From Candidatus Latescibacterota bacterium (GTDB taxonomy: Bacteria; Latescibacterota; UBA2968; UBA8231), in the NCBI GenBank assembly GCA_965223905.1, contig CBDCXV010000011.1, forward strand, positions 864,001-928,000: 64,000 nucleotides of DNA. The letters run 5' to 3'. The position numbers and the translations under genes were made by a program. Of the stretch, positions 56,659 to 64,000 are shown piece after piece; position 1 is the first letter of the stretch, and each line of letters begins with the position of its first letter. Below the pieces are notes generated by a model. That model was given only the letters and a program-made list of their open reading frames with translations, did no database searches and had not been told where the DNA came from.

Positions 56659-57825
56659 ATGTCCACCTTGCCCCCTGATTCCCGCTTTTCCAGCCCCACC
56701 TCCGGCCTGGATCCGGCGATCCTGCTGCGCCCATTGCGCAAGGTCTTCTTGCTGTCGCTGGGAGCGGCCCTGGCACTGCATCTGGCCATCGTCGCTATCA
56801 ACCCCTTCGAGCAGACCGCCCAAAAAGCCCCGCGGCCCCTGACCACCAAGTTCATCAAGCGCGAGCCGCGCCTGACCAAGCCGCTGGAACTGCGCAAGCT
56901 GCCCCAACCCAAACGCCAGATGGTCCGCCGCCAGGTGCAGCTGGCCCAGGCGCGCATGGATCAGGTCCAGGCCACGGCCACCTTCAACACCCGCGGTCTG
57001 ATCACCCAGGTGGCAACCGCCGCCCCCCAGGCGCGTCTGGGGCAGGCCGGTCCCAGCGCCACCCTGGCCTCGATGAACCTGGAGCCGAGGCTGTCGGCGG
57101 CGGCGGTGACCGGGGTGCGCTCGCCGGACAACAAGATAGACCTGGGTCTGGAGATGATGGATGTCAACAGCATGGACACCGGGCGCTACCGGGCGATGGT
57201 CATCCAGGACCCGGAGGACCCCCAGGCGCTGAAGGGTTTCGTCAAATTCGCCTCGGTCACCTCGGCCCGCTCCATCGACTTTGGCAGTGGGGGCGGTTTC
57301 GGTCAAGGGTCCATCGACAGAGCGCGGGATGCGCTCAACCAGTACACCGGCATTCAGTCCGAATACGTCGGGCTGATTACCTTCGACGACGAGCGGCTCC
57401 TCGAAGTGCCCATCATTTTCCAGGCCAATCCCGGCAACGAGAGCGAAAAGGAGCGTATGGTTCAGTACCTGCTGGCGGGCGGCTTTGTCTACGGCAGCGT
57501 GGGCCTCGGGGACAGCCTGGAGAAGTACGGCGGGCTGGTCAGGGGGAGGGATTTCTGGTCCGAACGGCTGCCGGACGATCATCCCATCTATTCGGCGTTT
57601 TTCGACCTGGAGCGAGGGGGTCCCCCGTCGCGGGGGGGAACGGCAAGCGGCAAAGCCGGCACCATCAGCTGGGCCGCGACGACCGGCTACTTTATCAAAG
57701 GCCGCCTGGCCGGCATCACCTTCTCCAGGGCGGGTTGGACTGAGTATTTGATAGTCAACATCATCGTCTACGCCCTGACCCAGGAAGGATCCATGACCCA
57801 GCGTCTCATGCACATGGTGAATTGA
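56659..57825 (+). CDS. DUF4159-domain protein with an N-terminal TM anchor and Pro/Lys-rich linker
   Basis: YLLAGGFV, LPDDHPIYSAFFD, GRLAGI, NIIVYALT. Confidence 0.75.
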   Translation: MSTLPPDSRFSSPTSGLDPAILLRPLRKVFLLSLGAALALHLAIVAINPFEQTAQKAPRPLTTKFIKREPRLTKPLELRKLPQPKRQMVRRQVQLAQARMDQVQATATFNTRGLITQVATAAPQARLGQAGPSATLASMNLEPRLSAAAVTGVRSPDNKIDLGLEMMDVNSMDTGRYRAMVIQDPEDPQALKGFVKFASVTSARSIDFGSGGGFGQGSIDRARDALNQYTGIQSEYVGLITFDDERLLEVPIIFQANPGNESEKERMVQYLLAGGFVYGSVGLGDSLEKYGGLVRGRDFWSERLPDDHPIYSAFFDLERGGPPSRGGTASGKAGTISWAATTGYFIKGRLAGITFSRAGWTEYLIVNIIVYALTQEGSMTQRLMHMVN

Positions 57826-59558
57826 TGCCGCCTGCAGCCTGTACTTGGGTCCTCTGCTTTTTTTTTGTCCTTCTGGTTCTGGCGCCGGCCTTGGCCGCCC
57901 AGCCGCAATTCACCGACCAGACCGAAGCCTCCGGCATCGCCTTCCACAACACCTTTGGCGACCCGGAAAAAAAGTACATCCTCGAAGCGCACGGCACCGG
58001 GGCCGCCTTTTTCGACTACAACAACGACGGCGACCTCGACCTCTACGTGGTCAATGGCTCCACCTTTGCCACCTACCAGCACAAGAGCGGCCCGGGCAAT
58101 GTCCTCTACGCCAACAGCGGGGACGGCACCTTTGTCAATGCCACTGCCCGGGCCGGCGTCGGTGACGCCGGTTGGGGTGCTGGTTGCGCCGTGGGCGACT
58201 ACGACAACGACAACGACCTCGACCTCTACGTGACCAACTACGGCCCCAACATCCTCTACCGCAACTACCGCAACAAAGGGGACGGCCGCTTTGCGGACAT
58301 CCGCGCCGGAGTCGGCGGCGACGACTACAGCGCCAGCGCTGTCTTTTTCGACTACGACAACGACGGCGACCTCGACCTCTACGTGACCAACTACGTGATC
58401 TTCGACGTCCACGATATGCCCGACGAGACCTTCCAGGAGGAACACTGTGTCTTCCTCGGCGGGATCCGGGTCTACTGCGGCCCCAAGGGTATGCCCGGTG
58501 CCGGAGATATCCTCTATCGCAACGATGGCAACGGGGTTTTTGCCGACGTCACGGCCTCCGCCGGTATCAGTGCGGCCAACGACTACTACGGTCTGGGCGT
58601 GGTGCCCGCAGACTACGACAACGACGGCGACCTCGACCTCTTTGTCGCCAATGATGAAACCCCCAATGTCCTTTTCCAGAACAACGGCGACGGCACCTTT
58701 GAGGATGTGGCCCTGCTCGCGGGAGTGGCCTACAATGCCGACGGCGACGAAGAGGCCGGCATGGGAGTCGATTTCGGGGACTTTGACAACGATGGAGACG
58801 AGGATCTCTACGTGACCAACTTTTTCAGAGAGACCAATACCCTCTACGAGAACGAAGGGCAGGGCACCTTTACGGATATCACTACCCTGGCCGGTCTGGC
58901 CGCGCCCACCCTGTCGCTATTGGGCTGGGGGACCCGATTTTTCGACTACGACAACGACGGCGATCTCGACCTCTTTGTCGCCAACGGCCATGTCTACCCC
59001 CAGGTCGATCAGGTGCCCGCAGGTAGTTCCTACCGACAGCCCAACCAGTTGTTCAGCAATCAGGGTAAGGGAGAATTTCTGGAAGTATCGGCCCAGTCGG
59101 GTCCGGGACTGAGCATCGAAAAGGTCAGCCGAGGCGCCAGCTTCGGAGATTACGACAACGATGGGGATGTAGACGTGTTCGTCGTCAATCTGAACGACGC
59201 ACCGAGCCTGCTGCGCAACGACGGAGGCAACAGCCACAACTGGCTCACTATCCAGGTCTTCGGCACTCGGGTGAACCGCGGCGGTGTCGGCGCCAGGATC
59301 CGCCTGGTGGCCGGTGGGAAACCCCAGTGGCGCACCATCAACGGCGCTTCCAGCTACCTCTCCCACAACGATATCCGGGCTCACTTCGGCCTGGGCAAAC
59401 AGGAGAGGGCAGATTTGATCGAGCTTACCTGGCCCGACGGCTCCACCCAGTCAGTAAGCAATGTGCCTGCCAACCACTTCCTGGTCGTCCGCCAGGGGGA
59501 AGGGCACGCCATCCTGAAAATGGGCGCCAGCCCCTACCGCCCTGAGCCGTTGCGTTGA
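57822..59558 (+). CDS. CRTAC1/ASPIC-UnbV family FG-GAP repeat protein
   Basis: Repeated DYDNDGDLDL[YF]V; C-terminal SYLSHNDIRAHFGLG...ELTWPDG. Confidence 0.92.
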   Translation: MMPPAACTWVLCFFFVLLVLAPALAAQPQFTDQTEASGIAFHNTFGDPEKKYILEAHGTGAAFFDYNNDGDLDLYVVNGSTFATYQHKSGPGNVLYANSGDGTFVNATARAGVGDAGWGAGCAVGDYDNDNDLDLYVTNYGPNILYRNYRNKGDGRFADIRAGVGGDDYSASAVFFDYDNDGDLDLYVTNYVIFDVHDMPDETFQEEHCVFLGGIRVYCGPKGMPGAGDILYRNDGNGVFADVTASAGISAANDYYGLGVVPADYDNDGDLDLFVANDETPNVLFQNNGDGTFEDVALLAGVAYNADGDEEAGMGVDFGDFDNDGDEDLYVTNFFRETNTLYENEGQGTFTDITTLAGLAAPTLSLLGWGTRFFDYDNDGDLDLFVANGHVYPQVDQVPAGSSYRQPNQLFSNQGKGEFLEVSAQSGPGLSIEKVSRGASFGDYDNDGDVDVFVVNLNDAPSLLRNDGGNSHNWLTIQVFGTRVNRGGVGARIRLVAGGKPQWRTINGASSYLSHNDIRAHFGLGKQERADLIELTWPDGSTQSVSNVPANHFLVVRQGEGHAILKMGASPYRPEPLR

Positions 59559-59565
59559 GGCGGTT

Positions 59566-60846
59566 CTAAGGCCCCTGCCCGAGCTGCTCTAGCTTTTCCC
59601 TGGCAGGAGCGAAGTTCGGATCCATTTTCAGAGCCTTTTCGAACAGCTCGCGGGCCCTCTGATTGCGTCGGTACTTGAAGTGGACCAGTCCCAGGGCATA
59701 AACCGCTTCTGCATCGCCCGGTCTGCGCTCAAGAGTCTGCTGCCGGGCCTTTTGTTCTTTTTCATATTGCTTCAAACCTTGAAAAACCTGCATCAGCTGA
59801 CGGCCTTCTTCCCGGCGTCCCTGCCTCAGGTAGAGCCGGGCAAGACTGTAGTAAGCCGCGGCGTGGTCGGGATCTATTTCAATGGTTTTCAAGTAGAGAG
59901 CGGGAGTCTCCGGGTCTCCCAGCATCTCCAGCACAACGCCCAGCCGGTAATAGGACTCGGCGTAGGTGGAATCTGCTTGTATGGCTTGCCGGTAGTAGAT
60001 CCTGGCTTCCTCCAGCCTGCCCTCCTGCTCGCTGATAAACCCCAGACCATAGTAGGACTCGAACCGTCCTTCCCCCAGCTCGAGGGTCCGCTGATAGGCT
60101 TGGCGCGCATGGGCATAATCGCCCAGATCCATGTAGCTTTTGGCCAGTTGCATCCGTACATACCCGTCTTCGGGCACCACCTCAAGCGCCCTTTTCAGTG
60201 CCTGAATAGCCTTGCCCGGCTTGTGTTGCAGGTTGTAGACCAGGCCCGTATTGCTCCAGGCCTGAAGAAAGTCTGGCTTCCGCTGCAACGCCTGCTCGTA
60301 CTGGTCGAGTGCTTTGTGGTAGAATCCTTCCTGCTGATATAGATATCCGAGGTTGTAATAGACCTCGGCAAAATGGGGTTTCAGCCGAATAGCCTGCTGG
60401 TAATTGGCCTTTGCCTGGGGAAAATTTCCCAGATGATCGTGGACGATGGCCAGACCGATGCGGGTCTCGAAGAGATCGGGATCCAACTCCAGCGCCCGGT
60501 CGAAATATTTCAGGGCCTGTCTGTACTGCTCCCGGGCGGTGTAGACCATCCCCAAATTGCTCCAGCCCTGGGCCAGATCCGGCCATTCCTCCACTGCTTG
60601 CCAGTAGTGGGGCTCAGCTTCGCCCAGCCTCCCCTGATCGCGCAGGATATTGCCCTGTGCATTGGCCGCTCGGGCCCGCTTTTGGGTCTGGTCAGCTTCC
60701 CAGCGGAACCACCCGTAGCCTCCCAGCACCAATAGCAGAAGCAATCCCAGGATGACCGGTGGAAATCGGCGGCCGCCTTTAGAGACTTTTTTGCCGATTG
60801 CCTCCTTGTGGTTTTGCTGTTTCTGGAGTCCACGATTGGAGTCCAT
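59566..60846 (-). CDS. Membrane-anchored TPR protein
   Basis: One TM helix, then tandem TPRs (AEVYYNLGYLY, AAYYSLARLY). Confidence 0.88.
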   Translation of the reverse strand: MDSNRGLQKQQNHKEAIGKKVSKGGRRFPPVILGLLLLLVLGGYGWFRWEADQTQKRARAANAQGNILRDQGRLGEAEPHYWQAVEEWPDLAQGWSNLGMVYTAREQYRQALKYFDRALELDPDLFETRIGLAIVHDHLGNFPQAKANYQQAIRLKPHFAEVYYNLGYLYQQEGFYHKALDQYEQALQRKPDFLQAWSNTGLVYNLQHKPGKAIQALKRALEVVPEDGYVRMQLAKSYMDLGDYAHARQAYQRTLELGEGRFESYYGLGFISEQEGRLEEARIYYRQAIQADSTYAESYYRLGVVLEMLGDPETPALYLKTIEIDPDHAAAYYSLARLYLRQGRREEGRQLMQVFQGLKQYEKEQKARQQTLERRPGDAEAVYALGLVHFKYRRNQRARELFEKALKMDPNFAPAREKLEQLGQGP

Positions 60847-60920
60847 ATTATTGATCCTTTACGTCGAGCAATAGCTTTACCCCCTCCTGACGTTCAAAAA
60901 GCGCAAAGGCTTCCCGCCAC

Positions 60921-61886
60921 TCATCCAGGGGGGACTTCCAGGGAGATCAGACTGGCGCTATCGATCTTGCCTCGCTCCATGAGCTTGAGCGCCCGCTTCC
61001 AGGCTGTGGGCTTCTGGCCCAAGGAGCCGGTGAATTCGAGTTCCTTAAAAGCCACCTGCTCCAGATCGACCTGGATCGGCCGTCCGAAGAAGCCCGTCTG
61101 GGTGTAGCTGCCCTGCTTGCGCACCAGCTCCAGCCCCAGGCTCACCCCTGCTTGCGCTCCGGAACACTCCAGGACGACGTCTGCACCGTAGCCTTCCGAC
61201 AGCTGCTTTATCTGCTCCACCGCGTCATCCCGTTCCACGTCGATGGCGTAGTCCGCACCGAGCTGACGGGCCAGTTCCAGCCGCTCCTCGTCCCGGCTAA
61301 GGCCGCAAACAAAGGCAACCCCCCCTAGGCCTTGACTACCTGGAGACAGAGAAGGCCCATGGTTCCGGGACCGACGATGGCTACCAGGTCCCCGCCCTTA
61401 TCCCGGTCAATTCGGTAACCGCATGGACGGCGCAGGCCAGGGGGTCGGTCAGGGCTCCGGTGCGAAAATCCACCACCTCTGGTAACCTCAGGACGCAGCG
61501 GCAGGTACCAAGCAGGTCCGGGCAAAGCTGCCGTCGTGCCAGTAGCCCATGGACTCTCGCTGGATGCAGAGGTTGTAGAACCCGGTCCGGCAGTAGCGGC
61601 AGGTCCCGCACACCCTCACGCTGGGCATAGCCGTGACCCGCTCCCCGACATCCACCTGCTCTACCTGATCCCCGATCTCCACTACTCTGCCGCTGAACTC
61701 GTGTCCCAGGACCACCGGGACCTGAATGGAGATCTTGATTTCGTCGTGAAAGATGTGGAGTTCCGAGCCGCAGATCCCCGTGGCCTCCACCTGGATCCGC
61801 ATCTCGTTGACGGTCAGCTGGCGCTCGGCTACCTGGCGTACCCCCATGTTGCCCTGGCCGCGGGCGTATTTCACCAGTGCTTTCAT
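60921..61886 (-). pseudogene. Zinc-dependent (threonine/sorbitol-type) dehydrogenase, disrupted
   Basis: GICGSE, GHEFSG, CGTCRYC..C, GPGTMGL and GADVVLECSG are spread over several frames, with a stop near 61325. Confidence 0.85.
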
Positions 61887-62239
61887 TTCTGCTGCCTCTC
61901 ACTCGCCAAATGTGGAGCGCCAGCCCGCACATCCGGCCTGCAGCGGTTTTGCGATGCTACTGAAAGTGTATAGGGTCCCCGGAGCCCGCAACAGAGCCTT
62001 TTCCGACGCTTCAACCCTCCTGGAAAATTTGCTCTGTTGAGCTTTTCTTTTTTAAATTCCTAGTCTGCCTTCGAAGCGCATTTTTCTTGGCCCTTTTGGG
62101 CTTGCTGACGCTTCCCGGGCGCGCTCCGGAATCCGAGCCTGTCCGCAAAGAAGTCGAGCTTGAGGACTGCGCCTCCAACCAGAGACACCGGCATCTCGAC
62201 GTCGATCAGGTTTTGCGTTTTGTGGAGGACGATTAAATT

Positions 62240-63502
62240 TTGGCTCCGGTTGCCAGATGCCTGATTTGCCTGGCCAGCTGGCTGGTTGGCTGCGCTTCGG
62301 AGCCTGCCGATTCGCTCAAAGATACGCCCGCCTCTGATCCCTCGCAGGCTCCGGAGCAATCCACAAACTACGCCAACCAGGCCACCGCCCATTTCCAGGC
62401 CGGCCGCTTCGATGCGGTCCTCGCCGTCTGTCGAGCCGGCTTGGAACTGGATTCGACGGCGGTTGCGCTCTACAACCTCCAGGCGGCGGTATACTCGGCT
62501 CAAGGACGCTATGCCTTGGCCATCGAAGCCCTGGAAAAGGCCGTGCATTTTCACCCTGACTACGCAACGGGCTATGTCAATCTGGGGGGTATCTATACCA
62601 CTTTGGGCCGCTATACAGAAGCAGAGGAAAATCTGCGACAGGCCCTCGCCCTGGAACCCGCCCACTCTGCAGTGCACCGCCGGCTGGGCGAAATTTACCT
62701 GGGAACGAGCCGGTACGGGGACGCTATCCGCGAGCTGGAGCAGGCCCTGTACGTCTATCCACAAGATGCTACGCTCTACTTTTTTCTGAGCCAAGCCCTC
62801 GAAGGAGACGGACAGGAGGAAGCTGCTCTCGAAGCCCTGGCCACCAGTACCCAGCTCGACATGGGCTTTGCCGAAGCCTACTACCGGGTGGCCGGACTGG
62901 CGCGCAAATTGGGTCGCCCCTCCCAGGCTCGATCCGCCCTGAAGCGCTTCCAGCACCTGCAGCAGATCGGGGACGGCGACCCGGATGTCCCCAAGCAGAT
63001 GGAGAAATTGCGCGACTCCATCCTGAATGCCCCGGAAAACCCCTTCTATCACTTTAGACTTGGCGCGTTCTTCTCTCGGCACGGCTATATCGACGAAGCG
63101 CTGAACAAATTTGACAAAGCGATCCGCCTGGATCCCGGCAACCTAATTCTGCTCAATCAGATAGCCAGCATCCTGATCAAGCAACAGCGCCTGGCCGAAG
63201 CCCTCCGCTACTGCGAGAAGGCCCTCGGCCACCAGCCGGACTTCTTCCCGGCCCTGATCAACGCCGGCAGCATCCTGAGCATGAGCCAGCGCCGCGAAGA
63301 AGCCCTCAATTACTTCCGCCAAGCGGTCGCCGCCTCACCACAGGATTCCAGAGGTTGGTACTACCTTGGCCGGGAACTGCTCCGCACCGAGCGCCAGAAA
63401 GAAGCCCGGGATGCGCTGCAGAAAGGATGGGATCTGAGTCCGTCCGATAGTCCCCTGCGCCAGCAGCTCGACGACCTTCTGGAAAGTCTGGAAGACGATT
63501 AG
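62240..63502 (+). CDS. TPR lipoprotein
   Basis: Lipobox LVG-C; tandem TPRs (GYVNLGGIY, ALINAGSIL). Confidence 0.85.
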   Translation: MAPVARCLICLASWLVGCASEPADSLKDTPASDPSQAPEQSTNYANQATAHFQAGRFDAVLAVCRAGLELDSTAVALYNLQAAVYSAQGRYALAIEALEKAVHFHPDYATGYVNLGGIYTTLGRYTEAEENLRQALALEPAHSAVHRRLGEIYLGTSRYGDAIRELEQALYVYPQDATLYFFLSQALEGDGQEEAALEALATSTQLDMGFAEAYYRVAGLARKLGRPSQARSALKRFQHLQQIGDGDPDVPKQMEKLRDSILNAPENPFYHFRLGAFFSRHGYIDEALNKFDKAIRLDPGNLILLNQIASILIKQQRLAEALRYCEKALGHQPDFFPALINAGSILSMSQRREEALNYFRQAVAASPQDSRGWYYLGRELLRTERQKEARDALQKGWDLSPSDSPLRQQLDDLLESLEDD

Positions 63503-63554
63503 AATGGATGTGAATTCCTTCGCGGAACCTTGAACGCGCCGCGCGACCTCGTAC

Positions 63555-63845
63555 CCCAAATCGCCCGGGCGAGCAGTGCCTCCTGAGTCGCTTCTTCCCG
63601 GTGAAACTCCCCGGCAATCCGGCCGGCCTTCAGCACGTAAACCAGGTCGCACTATCCCAGAATTTCGGGAAATTCCGAAGACATGACCACAAGGGCCAGT
63701 CCCTTGCAGGCCAGCTCGTCCAGAAGCGCGTAGATTTCGACTCTGGCTCCCTCGTCGATGTCCCGGGTGGGTTCGTCGACGAATAGAACCTCCAGATCCT
63801 CCTTCATCAGCCAGCGCGCGATCAACACTTTCTGCTGGGTTTGGC
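63555..63845 (-). pseudogene. C-terminal remnant of an RbsA/MglA-type sugar ABC ATPase
   Basis: [33 protein letters not shown], an in-frame TAG at 63652-63654, then CDLVYVLKAGRIAGEF..ATQEALL. Confidence 0.8.
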
Positions 63846-64000
63846 GATGCTCTGCTGCCTCGTAGGCGTCTGGATCGACAGTTGTTCGATCATCTCTCCG
63901 ACCCGTGCTGCTTCCTGTTTCTGGCGGATGCGGGCCCGGCGGCAAAATTGCCCCAACGAAGCGATGCTCATGTTGCGCCCAACACTAAGATGGGGGAAAT

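Noticed and set aside
58010-59170. Recurrent ~30-bp sequence GACTACGACAACGACGGCGACCTCGACCTCT, superficially CRISPR-like
   Set aside because: In-frame FG-GAP repeats (DYDNDGDLDL) with long, irregular coding spacers; no cas genes nearby.
62080-62237. Short open frame (FFLALLGLLTLPG...VEDD*) before the TPR lipoprotein
   Set aside because: No convincing start or RBS and no recognisable family.
1-64000. rRNA, tRNA, riboswitches, and the many long Arg/Pro/Gly-rich alternative ORFs
   Set aside because: No RNA gene recognised by eye (an Rfam or tRNAscan run could still find one); the alternative ORFs are high-GC shadow frames.

Overview
High-GC bacterial DNA. The gene repertoire (several PhyH dioxygenases, an Asp-box protein, a CRTAC1/ASPIC protein, DUF4159, many TPR proteins, a FlgD-type C-terminal domain, [ST]WGx[IV]K tails) suggests an FCB-group lineage such as Latescibacterota; this is inference. 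All family calls come from motif recognition, with no database searches. Main blocks: (1) 1-2 kb, a divergent threonine-aldolase-like gene and a PhyH gene; (2) 2-20 kb, an envelope glycosylation/lipid island (3 GT4, GT2, MMPL, DUF3047, an HTTM pair, a flippase-like gene, a PlcP/LpxH2 remnant) bracketed by two GT-C/TPR paralogues; (3) 21-24.5 kb, a RAPP-ending leader ORF, a His-rich lipoprotein and a ZnuD-like TonB-dependent receptor; (4) 25.6-35.4 kb, a PA/M28-pseudopeptidase-FtsX fusion, PhyH, an OPT-like transporter and a divergent DUF6785-like protein, with no ATPase; (5) 35.4-55.1 kb, a ~20 kb co-oriented envelope operon (ExbB, 2 ExbD, a giant TPR protein, two paralogous ~970-aa putative outer-membrane proteins, two paralogous lipoproteins, a PorV/PorQ-like barrel, a FlgD-CTD protein, a PPIase, a CBM9-like protein), interrupted by a decayed ISKra4-like element with intact TIRs and an 8-bp TSD; (6) 55.5-64 kb, FlgT-like, DUF4159, CRTAC1 and TPR genes plus pseudogenes. 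The best candidate for an undescribed system is block 5 together with the shared C-terminal TAVExx[ST]WGxIK tail; blocks 4 and 3 come next. No rRNA, tRNA or CRISPR array was seen.
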